From Styela clava (lineage: Eukaryota), in assembly GCF_964204865.1 (NCBI RefSeq), contig NC_135256.1, positions 9,238,001 to 9,302,000 of the forward strand: a DNA stretch of 64,000 bases. The letters run 5' to 3'. The notes under the pieces were generated by a model. The model did not search any database. It was not told where the DNA came from and saw only the letters and a list, made by a program, of their open reading frames with translations. Shown in pieces: positions 29,640-44,013 of the stretch. Within the stretch, counting starts at the first letter, position 1. Each line of letters opens with the position of its first letter. The position numbers were made by a program, and so were the translations under genes.

Positions 29640-32600
29640 ATGGGATTGTTAGCTGTAGCGCGAGCGATTTTTGTAAGAATTTTATTCCTATTTTACTGCT
29701 TCATTGCAACTTGGCGAGTTGTAGTTGCTTACCAAAATCCGCAGTACTGGCTTTTGCTGGGGCTCCTGTCGGGGTTAATGATCGAAACCCACGTGACCAT
29801 ACGGATAAACAAGGGACAGGAATGGAAATGGTAAGAATTTGTTTTGTAACGGCAATTCCTTTTTTGTAAATGTGTTGAAAATGTTAATGAGCAATTAATA
29901 AAGGAAGAAATCTATTTATTACAATAAAGTAATTTTCGTCTGCATTTTTCGTCTTTTATTAGTATATATCGTATTTCTCTGATAGACCTGCTTTTTCAAG
30001 TAGTGATCTTACGGAGTGCAATTTCATCTATCTAACTGTGGGCAACAAAATAATAATTAAATACCTAGGACTGAATAGACCAGCGTTTCCCAACCTTTTT
30101 TGATCGCGGACTAATTTCTCAGCGGCGAAAACCTTTGCGGACTCAAGGTGCGTTTATTGCAACCGTACTCTGTGTGAAGAAGCAATAAAACCAAACACAA
30201 CGGAATTTGAACGAATTTCAAAATCGGAAATTCGCCGCAATTACGCGTCCGTTAAAAGAGCCTATTTTGGGCCTTTTACTGTCGCCCTATATTTAATCCG
30301 TGACAACGACCAGAATTTAAAATGTCTTTCTATTTTAATTGTGTTCATAGTAACTCGCGGTTGCGTCGACTTACGACAAGATGATAGCACTATACTTCTT
30401 TATTTAGTTTTGATACATATTTTTAGAGATCTTGCAAATTTGTTATCGTCGTTATAAAAATCCTACTATCTGGTATAAATTTTCAGAAAGTACAACTTGA
30501 TTTAGTACTTATTGAAAATATATTTAAAGTATATTAATAAATCAGAAATACATATTCACCGCCTTGATTTGTTATTAACTGGTTGCGTTGACGAAATAAA
30601 AGCAATACTAATCAGAAAATATCATGACAATCCGTGGACACAAAAATGCATGATAAAGTGCCCGTTTATATTCTGTTTTGATTCGTATTTTTGTGAATTC
30701 AACAAATCTGAGCTGTTCGTACAACACTTATGGCGCTCCAGTACTGTACGTACCAATGTGGGGCCTATGGAAAAATGCCCTGGTACATATACTACAGTAT
30801 CACTCGAAATTTTGCGATTTGCAATGTCTAAAGAAGCGTTTTTACTCGGTCGCGTACAATCATAAAACAAAATTTATGATGTTCTCCGTTTTATTTTTAG
30901 TATTTTGTATTACCGCTTTTCAATTTAGAAAATTATTCGAACTCGCGAGAAACACCACGAATGTGATCGTGTTTCCGTCAGAAAGTCGCAAGTGAGTCGT
31001 GAAATCCAATCGTTTTGACCTGTCGCGTCACCTGTTACCAAATTTTCGAATAGTGGATTGCTATTCTAATAGTTGAATATTCGAATATATGCCCCGCCAT
31101 ACTCAGTAACTAGTAATAATTGACTTGATTAATTTTATGTGAATAAACTTGATTTTTATGTTTTATGTGAATTTCAACGTAGATCGTAACTTGGCTGATA
31201 GTTAACTTTCGCAAAAACGTTTGGCGCCTGTAGTGAATTTCTGACTCGTTGCGGACTCATTCACACGCTTCGCGGACTCATTTGAGACAGCGGACTCGGG
31301 TTGGGTAACACTGGAATATACTTACGTCAACGCAATGACTATAGCCACAATCTCGCATTCTTGGAGAGGGCTGGTTGCCTCGTGTCGGTTAAGGAATATA
31401 TATATATATATATAAATATACTTTATGTTAATTTTCTAATTCCATCTAACCTTCCATATGACCCGAATAAGAAGACGGCGATAAACACTTCACGGCGAAG
31501 ACTCGTTTTATTGGAACATATTTACGTTTCCTGACTTTACTATCTGGTTGGCGTATAATAATAATTATTGATGTCGACTTACTGGTGATATTCTGATTAC
31601 CATGCTTCATTTTACATTAAATGATCTTTCGAGTAAGATTTCTTCCAAAAAATGATGTAGAGTAGACCATATTAATTGCGTTCAACAAAACGCGGGGTGA
31701 AAAGATCATAACTGCTTAAAACTACAACCGCGATCTGCCGACATAACGATGTGAGATAAACAAACGGCCGGATGGATGATATTTAGCTTCGATACGTATT
31801 TTTGCGATCTTGCGAATCTCAAGATCTGCTATGAAATCCCAGACAGTACAATTTAATTCAGTACAATGTTTCAGTACTGCCACTACCGTGTATCGGAAAT
31901 ACATATTTATCGCCTCGCAATCCCCGCGGAAACAGTCGCCACATTTACGCTACTTGTTTAGAAGTCGACTTTTTCAACGGATGATTTTTCTTTTGTGCGA
32001 ATTCAATCCATAACCGATACGAGCATATTCAAAATGTCTTGCCTTATTCATTTAATTGCATTCAATTTTAACTGCAGTTGCGTTGACAAATTGAAAGCAT
32101 CGCTAAATTTATTTTAGTATATACAATATATTGATTGAATATTCTTTGGATTAATTATCTTATATAATATATATCATCGCAATCCAAGGGAAGGTCGAGT
32201 ACACTTCTTTGTTTGCTTGTCTTCAGTATTTCGCCACCGATGATTATATACAGAGGCGTAGCCAGAAATTTTCAAGGGGGGGGGGGGGGGGGGCTGAAAT
32301 TTTTTTTTGCCAAGTTAGATCGAACCTGCTAGCGGGTCCGATCGAACGCTGGAATTGGTGTGTTTTTAGTGGTCTTGGGGGTCTAAAAAGCATTTCAAGC
32401 TACTCTGATAATTTTATTTTTTTACATTTCAAAAAGGGGGGGGGGGGTTCGACCTGCAAAACCACCCCCTGGCTACGCCATTGATTATATAATACTAGTT
32501 TTCTCATTGGATTCACAGTTTTGTGCAAGTACAAAAAAGTAATTATCATCGTCCTCGTGGCACAACGCATACTTATGTTGAGGCAAATTTGCGATTTTGG

Positions 32601-35600
32601 GAGAATATATACTGACGTAAAGGTGTTTACGGCTTGAATATTAACTCATCACGCTGACGAAATAAATATCTGAAAACTACCGGCAATTTTGGTAAAATAC
32701 AATCGCATGTGTTACTAGCGATGTGTTACTTTTCCAGACTTCCAACAAATTTACGCAGTCTTGATCGCACAGAATAAACACTTGATTATAATTGATAGTG
32801 GTTAAATTTAATAATTTACACCGATAATTACCACGTTCCCACGAAGTGTGGTACATCATGCGGCCGCGTTTTCGTATCCCCCGTTTACTGTTTAAGTGTA
32901 TAATGCGAGTCTCAATTTATTTAGCATATCAGTACCAGTATTTAGGGATCACATACTTCAAACAGTTCGAGGCAAAAAAAAGTACTCTAGAATAGTAAGT
33001 TATTCTACATTGCCCATCCATGGGTGTAAAACTGTAGGACATTAGGTAAAGTACAGCCATTTCCGGTATGCGACAATTTTATTGCGACTTTTCTGTATTT
33101 AATCAATTCAATTCACCATTATAGTAAATATCGATATATTTTTTAATGACCAATATTCATAGGACATCAGCGATTGAACAACTTCAACTAAAGGTGAGTT
33201 CATAAACGAACCGTTAGAAACTCCACCCATTCTTATCCAACCATTAAATGGATTTTTGCGAATAATCCAGTGTGATTCTTTTCATCAGGTTCTCTCCCGC
33301 TATGTTCTTCTTTCTCGTTGCCGCATTGCCCTGTCTGTGGTTATTGGAACTTCGACTTATGGAACAACGCTACGACAAATTTAACGGTGTCTATCAATCG
33401 TCACATTATTTGCTTTCAAAGCAGAACACACTGTTCGGGGTAACATTTCCACTACTCTGCAACTACTCTCGAGTTACCAAAACTCATGTAAATTTAACGC
33501 ACTAATGGTTTATTTTTAGATTAAATTGCCAACATTACTCGACGAATTTGGGTGGGCTTTGGCATTGGAGCAGTCACTGTTATTCATTCTCATCTGCTGC
33601 CGAGGTATACTGCCACGAGGAAAAATTTCTAGAGATGAGTTATCTCAAATTTTACTGGTGCACATGGGCATAGCAGCTGATATTTTGGACCTATTTTCGA
33701 TTTTCAATGAAGAAGAGGTAAATGTTTAACTACAACTATATGTCAGAGATATTTCAAAAATTTGAACGACTTTTCTTTCAGTTACTTCAACGACCGACTA
33801 TTATATACCCAACGTTATCTTTATGGACGTTGAGCTTACTACAATACAGCCTCGTTATTACCTCAAGTCGATCCCGAAGAAATAGAATGGCTGGGATCAG
33901 TATCAGAAGGGGAGAAAGCAGCAGATCTCGGACCTGTGCAGAACCCCGTGGTGGAAGACGGTAAGACAATTACAAAACCATACGTGTATACATTTTTCGG
34001 AATCAATTGCTTGTTTAGTAGAGAGAAAATAGGACGACTCAGAAGATATGGTAGTTGTAGCCGAGTTGCGTCTAGTCATTGGTTCGGTTTCGTTGAGATG
34101 ATATAATATGGGAGTACGTAATACCCACCAAATATATATGTTACTATTGACCACTTTTTCTGTTATTCAAAAATAATATTATCTTATATCTGCCAGTAAA
34201 ACGATTTTCAGCTTACAAATTCAATATGTTCGATGTTATTATTTCAAATTCCTTCCAAATTTTTATTACATAAAAATGGAAGATTTCTTGTACTGTATAT
34301 TCTTTGGAGGGGTGGTGGGTCTTTTTTTCATCTTGATTATTTATCTTTCGTTGTGTGATGTTTCTCCTTCTCCTCTTCCAAGAGTAAACTTCTTACAACC
34401 AGCAACATTTGACCTCATGGAAATAGTATCAACGTACATATATAATAACAATATTTCTTCTAACGATACTCCGTTGATTGATTAAGCAAGATGAGCTTTA
34501 GATTATAACTATGACACTCCATTAACGACCAAAAAAATACTAGTTTTTAAGGTGGATGAAACTCTCGAAATGTTAAATCTTTAATTCCGAAACTAATGAA
34601 TGCTATACATTTGTGAAGTTTGAAAATTTGTGGCTTCATAACGGGAAATTGCTTGGGCAAATAACTCTTGAACGGGTAAAATGGCAATGGTGGTCTTCAT
34701 TTTTCTTTTGCAGGCGCGTTCGGAAATTGGGGTTTTGGTCTAGCGATTTCTGGTCAAACAAAGACGTTGTCGGGGTGCTGTCATCAACCGCAATGCAGGA
34801 TCTACCTTTTTTTATATTTCGCCTCTTTCTGTTGTCGGGTAAAATTTTGCTTACTTACGAACACTTAAATATTACTTTGCCTCGGTTTATTTTCCCGTGG
34901 TAGTAATTTATTGATTATATTCAATATACTATAGTTTACAATTGAAATAAAATATGATTACGTACGATGGTACGGACCGACCACTCACCTTAGCAGGGTG
35001 GTTACGTGGTGAAACTGAAACAATAAATTAGTAAAATGAGTATTCCCATATCCGACCAGCATTGGAACGTGGTTCATACTCTATCGAGAAATTAATACAA
35101 ACGATCTTATTCTTTCTAATTGTAATATAATATTTTTCCAAATACTTCAACCTATTTATTTTTGCACAAAGTTAACGGAGTGAAATGATTATTTGATTGC
35201 ATAATCATTAAATACCTTGCTATTATTACTATCAGACCTAATATTTGTAATCTGCATCACCAATATTCGTGTCTTAATTTACAGTTATGGGAATCTTGAG
35301 CCACACAATGGCATTCTTTACTTGCAAGAATGCCTTGGTTGTTGTTCTTCAAATCCACCGCCTTCGTATTATATATTCGGAGATTAAATACGATGGTATA
35401 GAAATAGCAAGAGCACACTTGGAAAGAGATGGAATCAGTGTTGTTGAATTAAATCGTGCTGATATTGTGGAACGGCTAAACAGTAGGAAACCAACCCATG
35501 AGATGGTGGCTACTTCAGATTCCCTTGAATTGCCAGGTTTACCTTCAAACGAGCATGAACTGCATTGTGATAATGATACATACTCCACTGACGGAAAACC

Positions 35601-35607
35601 ATCGTGA
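29640..35607 (+). CDS. TMEM26: Transmembrane protein 26-like, 6 exons: 29640-29830, 33289-33439, 33520-33717, 33782-33960, 34714-34838, 35285-35607
   Basis: EWKWFSPAMFFFL..PCLWLLEL, LEQSLL..R.ILPRGKISRDELSQILLVHMGIAADILDL, WTLSLLQY, MQDLPFFIFRL, FFTCKNALVVVLQIHRL; splice phases consistent. Confidence 0.9.
30081..31313. mobile_element. hAT MITE in TMEM26 intron 1
   Basis: TIRs CAGCGTTTCCCAACC...GGTTGGGTAACACTG; TSD GAATAGAC/GAATATAC (7/8); subterminal GCGGACTC repeats. Confidence 0.8.
32251..32483. mobile_element. hAT-type MITE with poly-G tracts
   Basis: CAGAGGCGTAGCCAG...CTGGCTACGCCATTG; perfect 8-bp TSD ATTATATA. Confidence 0.85.
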
Positions 35608-36651
35608 AATATTTCCTGGCGCAGGCAGTGAACTATTATTTGTAGGCCTACAAACTTCTTATTGTGCATAAATCTAAGATTAGACGATATCAAACTGTGG
35701 ACGTTTTCCGTACCATTGTTAGTCATTTTTAAACTCACGGTAACATAAAGTCGCATTTAATAATATCATCAGTGTTTCCTATAATATTTTACTTTATTTT
35801 CTAAGTGCATCCAAATTTATTGGATTTGTAATGTAACTTAACATTGAGATATAAATTTTATAGATCAGAATGAAATTTTATTTCATTATTTTTTGGTAGT
35901 TAAAAACCAACAAGAATATAGTTCGGTTCCCAATGCCCATTACGCTAATTAAAACTTTGTTTTGGTAAGGTGCATAATTATAACTTTTGTTGGAATATTG
36001 TATATATGACCAAAAAGGAATGAATGCTACCCTAGTGATACTCATATATATATATATATATATATATAAAGTAGGCTACCAGGCTACCCCATCTATGTAA
36101 ATTTAAACTTTCCCACCGCTGTGTTGTTTTATTCTTGTCGTTAACATGTGCATTTTCTGTGGGACAAATCTATCGATTCATATATTTGCTTGCGATCGTG
36201 GGCAACCGTATAGCTGGCGTAATAATAATTGGGTCAAGGAATTCCCTGTCGGGGTGGTACTAATTAATCATTCCTAATACATTAAGCCTTATCGCGTGTT
36301 AGCAAGCAACGTGGAATCTCAGATAAAATATTATAATGTTTTCTGAAATTAACCTTGTGGATGTTTTTCCGACCCCCCCGGATGTTTTCTCACATAGTTT
36401 ACCAGTGTGGTGAAAAAGTTCGATGCTTATTTTGAGATTGAATTAGCGAGTTAAAGCATGTAAACGGGTATACATATTCATAAGCACAATTTTGTTTCAA
36501 AATATTTAATTGGGCATTATTTTTTTTCAAAATATATTGTATTGATTAAAAAATGTTGAGTTTTGCAATGTTCAGCTCTAACAACTATAACTAATCGATG
36601 ACCTTCTGTTACTAATATATTTTCGCTACATTCATTTACATTTTCTTGACC

Positions 36652-36756
36652 TCCTGAAGTAGGCTATGCGCACCAAGATGGCGCACATCCTGGACTTAGG
36701 TTGTGTACCAGGTTAGGGTTCAGGTTATGCGACATCTTGGTGCGCATACTTCCGGA
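36652..36756. repeat. Short hairpin repeat, copy 4
   Basis: TCCTGAAGTA..TATGCGCACCAAGATGGCGCA...TGCGACATCTTGGTGCGCATACTTCCGGA. Confidence 0.75.
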
Positions 36757-37925
36757 TTACCCATTTTCTGCTATATCTGCAATTATTGATATCCAACCTA
36801 CCGGTATGTACACTCTTGACAAGTCAGTCATTTTCTTGATCAATGACTATTTATATGATGTGCGCCTGCTTAGGGGCCGATCAGTTTTATGTGAATTTAT
36901 TTCCTTTTCATTCCGGTACCTGCTACACTACACTGCTTTTATGCATAAATATATTTTAAGATAATCTACATCTGTACAAGCTGATAGACTACCGCTACCG
37001 TAACGTTGTCATGTACCAGTAGCACAATGCACAGTGTCAGCTAAACTCTTGAATTGAAGTACTTGAACCTGGTTTTCTTCGTCACTGTGCATAGCTAGTC
37101 GCTACTACTTCACATTGTAACCATGTGGGCGGCTACCGTGTTTCCCCAAAAATAAGACAGGGTCTTATTTCAAATTTCTTTCGAAGGGCTTATTTTGGGG
37201 GGATGTCTTTTAATTTATCAAAAACAAAATTACAAAATACAGAATTGCGAGATTTTCAAATTTCAAATATACAAAATATGAAAATAGATATCCATTTACT
37301 TATAAATAAGACTTATATTAGGATAGGATTTACATATTTATCCCAGGGGAGAGGAAAGCCGGTAATTGTTACGTCGCCTCTATGTTGTTTCTGACTTGAC
37401 TGCGACACATTCTGTGCCCTTGGCCACAAGTTTTGTGACTACCAATGATTTATCCATGGGTAACTTTTAGACTTTCTGAGAATTGTTTTTCTTAGTCCAG
37501 TATTGTTTAATATATTCGAGTGCCTCATAAATTTTTATAGTCTTTTTATGCGGGTTAGTAGATCAGCATTTCTTTATTTGACACTGGAAAAGTAAAAACT
37601 TGCTTATGCGTAAAGGGGTTTGCCCATCGCGGAGGGTTTGCCCATCTGCGTCGGTAAGCGAGTTATCCGTCTGCAACGCCAAACTAAAAGTCCTGGTTGA
37701 GAGCTTTAGTCATGTTTTCCTCAAGATTTTGTTTCTGGAGCTACAAAATGACCGAAAATGCGTTGCTAATGATGCAAATATGTGAATCATTACCGCACAC
37801 CAAATGATGTTGGCAGGTTTGGAAATATACTGACGTGAAACCCATTCTAAATAATCTGTATCCTGCATACAACGTCATTAGTTCTCAAAGTCCAGCTCTC
37901 CCACGAACGTGCGGACATTTTGCTT

Positions 37926-37967
37926 GTTACTTATCGATTTTAATCGGTAAGTATGTTGATAGGTATT

Positions 37968-38010
<43 letters not shown>

Positions 38011-38250
38011 TAGATGTAGGCTAGGCGATATCTCACGAAAACGAGATTGGATCTGCAGCAAATTTTGCATGTGCATTCATCATATCTCGTACCTGAGGCC
38101 TATTGATTTTGGGCGAATTGTGTCGTATAATTAGCGAGTTATCATTTAATTAGTAATGGGACACAAGGTGTCACTATGGAGTAAGAGCGCTGTTTTGAAT
38201 CCCCTAACTTTCGATCGATAAGTCTTCGGTCTCTGACCAACATTCTCGTT
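37926..38250 (+). mobile_element. Helentron-associated (HINE/DINE-1-like) non-autonomous element
   Basis: Subterminal inverted repeats ACTTATCGAT...ATCGATAAGT; (GTCT)n microsatellite near the 5' end; 3' hairpin TCGGTCTCTGACCAA; T-rich flanks; no TSD. Confidence 0.7.
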
Positions 38251-38671
38251 TTCCTTGTTATTCTGTCTCTCCCGTTCGACAAGATGTTCCTTTTGCGTGT
38301 GCGTTATTGTACATTCGTATGAAGATAAATAAATCAAAATCTGCGGTAGTCATTTCATATCCATGCCAAGGTCAACGATGCGTTAGTATTTATGTACGTT
38401 TGCTCTGGTTATATAGCGCATACATCCAGACCGATCCAGACCAACGATTAACATATCAGATTAGACAAATGGACAAGCCCACCATCTGTTCCGCATGATT
38501 TCACATTTGATGAACATGCACTGAACTGGAAATATCTATATCTCTGTGTGAACATGTCAGAGCTCGTGATTTCCGTCGCCAGATTGTGGAATCAGCGTTT
38601 CGTTCTGTGGTGAAGTGTACGGTGGATTCTGTTTGTCATTATTTGATCGCTTCGCGTAGTATTTGTCGACC

Positions 38672-39217
38672 ATGAGGCAGTTGAAGTATCACGAAAAGAA
38701 GTTGTTGAAAAAAGTAGATTTTTTCGCTTGGGAAGCGGATAACAATCTTCATGAAATAAAGATTTTAAGGAAATATAGGATACAAAAACGAGAAGATTAC
38801 ACGTCATATAACAAATTGAGTCGGCATGTGCGATCGATAGCGCGCAAACTAAGAGATCTCGAAACCGATGATCCTTTTAGAGAAAGATGTACTGCAAAAT
38901 TATTAGATAAACTTTATAGAATGGGATTAATTCCTACGAAAGAGTCACTGGCATTGGTGGACAAAATAACGGCGTCTACATTTTGCAGGCGACGTTTACC
39001 TGTCATGCTCGTTAAGTTGCGCATGTCGCAGAATTTGAAAATGGCCACGGAATTGATTGAGCAAGGACATATCAGAATTGGAACAGATGTTGTAACAGAT
39101 CCTGCATATTTCGTCACTAGAACTATGGAAGATTTTATAACATGGAAATCGACGTCTAAAATACGAAAGCACATTATGGAATTTAATGACGAAAGGGATG
39201 ACTATGATTTTGCATAA
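38672..39217 (+). CDS. IMP3: U3 snoRNP protein IMP3, intronless
   Basis: [45 protein letters not shown]...[23 protein letters not shown]; the ATG is at 38672 (the ORF track starts at an upstream TTG). Confidence 0.97.
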   Translation: MRQLKYHEKKLLKKVDFFAWEADNNLHEIKILRKYRIQKREDYTSYNKLSRHVRSIARKLRDLETDDPFRERCTAKLLDKLYRMGLIPTKESLALVDKITASTFCRRRLPVMLVKLRMSQNLKMATELIEQGHIRIGTDVVTDPAYFVTRTMEDFITWKSTSKIRKHIMEFNDERDDYDFA

Positions 39218-39871
39218 TATGACTGAAATGTGTTAGAACCTTCAATACTCTCTTGTGTTGGTGCATCAACTCTAACACAGAACGGGGGTGCAAGATTTTC
39301 TGTGATGATTTTTCATTTACAAAGCTTTTTTTGCAGCATTGGAAGCATTTATATTGATTATAACAATAATTTATTTATCAATGTAATGTTTCAATTATTT
39401 GCAAAATTTCTAGATATATTAATGCCATTGTCAAGCATTACTTTTTGGAGACTGAATATTGTTTGCCACAAACATATGTAAAAACATTGTACACAAAAAC
39501 TCAACGATTAAATTATTGTAGAATGCGTTATCAAAATGTAGTTTTTTTGTTTTACACTAAAATAGTAGCTGAAAGTAATATTGCAAAATCATATTTTGAG
39601 TTTTTGTAATAATAGAATAAAATAGGTATTTTGGGATTTGAACGCCATTTTTAACTACAAATATGCTCGAAAGAAGTGCTCTACTCTGTTGTATTACAGA
39701 TCCTTCAGCCGCTATTTTTATTGTGGGGTTCTTCAAATTCAAGTACTGACTCGTGTTAATAATGGTCTGAATCGATATGCGTTAATTGATTTAGAAAATT
39801 ACTTTAAACTTTTGATCAATATTTGTTTAGTGTATTTATCACTATATTCTTCACATATGAAACATTACGAG

Positions 39872-42800
39872 ATGGATGCTTTGTCAAACCTCAAATTGTT
39901 GAAGGTACTTTTTCTGCTTAGTTTTGGATATACTCTTATTGTTGCTGAATGCACGTTAAGTGCCCAAAAAGATTCAATATCCTCACGACACATCTCTAGT
40001 TTGGATCCACTCAAAGACAAAATGTAAGTTATGCCTAAAATAAAGATTTTGCTTTAAAGATTTCATGAAATAAAGACTTTCCAAATACCTCTTAGTCCAA
40101 GGTTGCGAGGTTGAAGGGCCGCAATCGGAGAAAACCCAAAAGTGATCAAAACATTGCGAGTTTACTCACTTTAAATATATGCATGAGAGTTTATTGTCCT
40201 AATCAGTTTTTCATGGAAACAATATGAAACCTTTAGTTATTTTAAAATTGCTTCAATCAATCAAATCGTTTTTATCCGCCTTTTCGGAAAAGCACAATAG
40301 AATGAAAGCAAGAAATATCACGGAATATTTGTATATATTCATGCCTTTGCACCGAATGGACAGGATAGGGCACCTTGAAATGGCTTAAAACTTATGGATG
40401 CGAAACATTTTTATGGAGAACAGCATCGCTCCAAGATTTTTCTGAGAAATATCAGGGTAGTTTTGGTATCTATCCCGTGTTTCGTTTTGTGAAGTCGCTT
40501 AAAATCATATTCTTTCGTGACAGATATTATTTGAAAACACACCAGACACTGTAGTTTAACATTGTTGTGGATACCAAATACGTTTCCTCCCAGTTTACCT
40601 CAGTCACCTTTTTTTCTACACTCATTGTATGATGAATTGTTATATTTGAAAAAATTTAATACTAGCAGGCCTAAGTTCGGACCTCGAACCCAGTGATAAA
40701 AAAAAGTGGATCGCTCTGTCAGCTCTGCGGTTTGTCACTGCTGTCAGATGGCCAACGCTTGAAAATAGTGGAGTGTTTTGACTAAAATAAAGGCACGAAA
40801 TCATCGGCTTGGTCCTGTGTGCACAAGACAATTCATTCCCTATTCACAGATCACAGAATGTCATCCCCATATGGGCATAATCTTGACGTTTATAGATACA
40901 ACAATGAAATTCTGTGATATTAACAAACATCAATCCCGATATCGGGATTAGAAAAATAACTATTCCCAGTTGGAATAGTTTGAAAATAAATCAAAATTGT
41001 TCTGCTGAAGATACAAATATCTGCCAATGGTTTAATAGTGTACGCTAAAATTGTTCTTCGGCCAGAGGGCCGCAGTTTGGACGACTCTGTGTTAGATCAA
41101 TCGCTCTTTTGGCCTTTGCGAAGGAGTATGCTTAATAATTTTCTGATTTTCTCCCATTAGTAATTTCCAAATTCACTTTTTGAAGTGCCTCCATTGTCTA
41201 AGTGAGAATGTCTAAATTATATAGTAGGTGTGGCATAAATACATTGGGGATGTGTACATTTAATAAACGTTCAATCACCTTGGATTTCTCTATATTTTCA
41301 GATTCACCTATAACTTCAAGGATGAAAAGGATCGCGAAGTGTATAAATACACTCTGTCAATTTGTTCTGAAATCAAACCCGGAACAAATATTGCAGTGAC
41401 ACAAGAAGACTTAGTCGACCATAAAACTAAAACCATAGGAAAAATTGACCAAGCTTCAATAAAAAGGGGGAGTAATTGGATAATGCTGACTTTGAAAGGA
41501 GGGGATCCCTACCATACACACTGTGGCCATAGTCCACGACAGGCACATGTCATGATTATGTGTGATAAATATCATTTAGCAGTGAGTTCAACTTGTATGT
41601 TATTTAGGGTGACCATACGTCCTCCTTTTGGAGGATTTGTCCTACTTTTTTGTTTAAAAATTTATGTCCTCCGAGGACGCTCTGAAACATCAAAATGTCT
41701 TCCTTTTTCAAGGGATTAAATATTTAAAATTCTGTTATGATATATATTCTACCGTTTTCGATGTGTTAAGAAAATTTTAAACCAAGTAGAGACTTGTAAT
41801 TATCATTAGACATATGAAAAGCAATAAATTGCGTTGTGATAGCATATCATACGGGGTTACTCTACTAGGAGTCTAGATTAAATGCATACGCTAATTGTTA
41901 TACACACTCGTTTATGACGTAAAAAGTGGATTGTTCTGCAATTATGTTTTACGTCATTTCACCTTATATTTTGCAATAGTAAAATTTTGATTTCGGCAGA
42001 AAATTACATCAGTAACTTCAGTAAATTTGGCGAAACAGACATGATTTAGAAAAAGTCGAACTGATAGCGAAATGGAGTGCATTACTTGCGCTACGCTACT
42101 TTAGCGAATAAAGGCAAGCTCAGCTTGCAGTTGCACGTTGAACATTTGCAGTCGTTTCTTGCTGTGTTTAATGAACAAATAAGGAATAATGATCATTCAG
42201 GGGCTTTCATTATTAAAATCAAAGCTTGTCTTAATGCTGTTGAATTTACGATTGAAGAAAGAAACAAATATTCATACAATCCCGAATCTGAATTGCGTAG
42301 ACTTCAAGCCATTTTTACGATATTGCAAAAAATTACGCGGCAATGTTGACAAAGATTAAAGGAAAAGCCAAATACTCATGATCTAAGGACAAATAAATTG
42401 ATTCTTCTGTAGATGTTTTTTCAATAAAGGCAAAAATGCATTATTTCATTTTCGTCACTTCTATATTTAATCCTAGAGAATTTAGTCACAGGTGAAATAA
42501 GGTTCTACTAATGTTAAGATATCGATGGTTCTACCAAACGATGTGTCCTCCTTTTAGGATTTGGAAATATGGTCACCCTAATGTTATTCATTGATTAGCA
42601 AACTATTTAACCAATACTTGCTGTAATCATCTCTTTATGATTTATAGAGGAACTTTACTGTGCTTTATGAAGAGAATAAAGAGGAAAGTGAAAGTTGTTT
42701 CTATCTGATGGAATTGCAAAGTAGTGTTGCTTGTTCAAATGTTGATCAAGGACTTAGTACAGGATCCATAGTATTGATAGTGTAAGTTATTATATGAGGT

Positions 42801-43381
42801 AAAAATCCACATATGGAATAGATGAAGGGATATATATAACCATCTCTTATGAAGGATTATATACTAGATACATGTAGAAATGAGGCTATGTACATTATAA
42901 TATCATCTCTGTTGCTGCCATTTTCGAACTCTTTGTATTGTGTTTACACTTGCTCGCAGAGAAAATTAAAATGAGTCTTTGCCATTTCAGATTTGCTTGT
43001 GTCATTGCAGTATACTTGGCTGTAGGAATGTTGTACAAGCGTTGCGTACATGGGAAGAAAGGCATGGAACAAGTACCAAACATTGGATTTTGGAAAACAT
43101 GTGGAAGTTTACAAGCCGTAAGTTGCACGCTTTTATAAATTTTGGAATGTGTATTAGGGAGTTTAAGATAAATTTCTATTTATTTGACCTGGGTTATTAA
43201 TTTGTTGGGCATGGCGAAAAAGTATATTCAAATATCTTCAATTCATGTATTTCTGCAGGATGGATGTGACTGGCTTTGTCGTTGCCAAGAATCTGGTTTT
43301 GACTCCAGCAGACCATATCGTGGTATTGCTGATGACCAGCTTGATGATGATGCAGATGATGAAAATTTATTACCCATGTGA
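39872..43381 (+). CDS. M6PR: Cation-dependent mannose-6-phosphate receptor, 5 exons: 39872-40023, 41302-41581, 42648-42781, 42991-43117, 43259-43381
   Basis: Signal peptide; GSNWIML..GGD.Y..HC...RQAHVMIMC; EE...CFYLMELQSSVAC; LSTGSIVLI TM; KGMEQVPN..FW; DGCD..CR; YRGIADDQ; acidic dileucine DDENLLPM; alternative ATG at 39857. Confidence 0.93.
40095..41090. mobile_element. hAT-like MITE in M6PR intron 1; uninterrupted paralog of the element split at 55390/58444-59030
   Basis: Right end GGGCCGCAGTTTGGACGACTCTG; 40441-40955 aligns with 58470-59025. Confidence 0.65.
41605..42580. mobile_element. hAT MITE in M6PR intron 2
   Basis: TIRs TAGGGTGACCATA...TATGGTCACCCTA; perfect 8-bp TSD ATGTTATT; GTCCTCCTTTT subterminal repeats. 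Confidence 0.9.
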
Positions 43382-44013
43382 ATTGTTTGGAAGCTGATGT
43401 ACTACAAACTACCCTCAAACTGTGCTTTACAATGTTCGGTGAAGATACCATGTTATACAATGAATCTGTCAGAAGATGGAAGATTCAAAATTAACATTAA
43501 TAATTTGATTATTCAGCGAGAATTTCCGTACATCTATACTAAGGTCGATCCTAATTAATATTAATTTTTTTACACTTGATGATTTGAGGTACAGTTCCAA
43601 TCAAATTAAGGTTATCACACATGCTCATTACTCGAAAGTGCAATATATATGCAAGCAGTTCCTTTACTGTGTCTTCACTATAAAGATCATTGGATGAAAG
43701 TGACTATTAAAAAAACTAGTTTCTTCAAAACTTTGTTCAAGTTAACAACAGTGGTTATTAATAATAATGGCGTAGGAACGACTTAGCATCGTAGCCTGGG
43801 AAACGCGCTAACTGGCCAATCAAAAAAGGTGGAGTTGATAAATCCCTGAAACCATTATTTAGTAGTAGTAGACCTTCAGTTCTCAAACTGAGATGTTAAA
43901 CATGTGTTAGTTCGAGACATTTATTCCAACATAGAATTGCGCTTTGGTGACAGACTCTAGCATGAACATTTCAGTTATCTTTTTATGACCATTCAAAGAG
44001 TAAACGGATTTGT

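Noticed and set aside
30512-30995. ORFs of 82-117 aa
   Set aside because: They lie inside a hAT MITE in a TMEM26 intron; no transposase or other motifs recognised
35349-35756. 135-aa minus-strand ORF
   Set aside because: Antisense to the last TMEM26 exon
37135-37200. TA-CCGTGTTTCCCC..AAATAAGAC, a Tc1/mariner-like TIR
   Set aside because: Only one end found and no matching partner; too fragmentary to annotate
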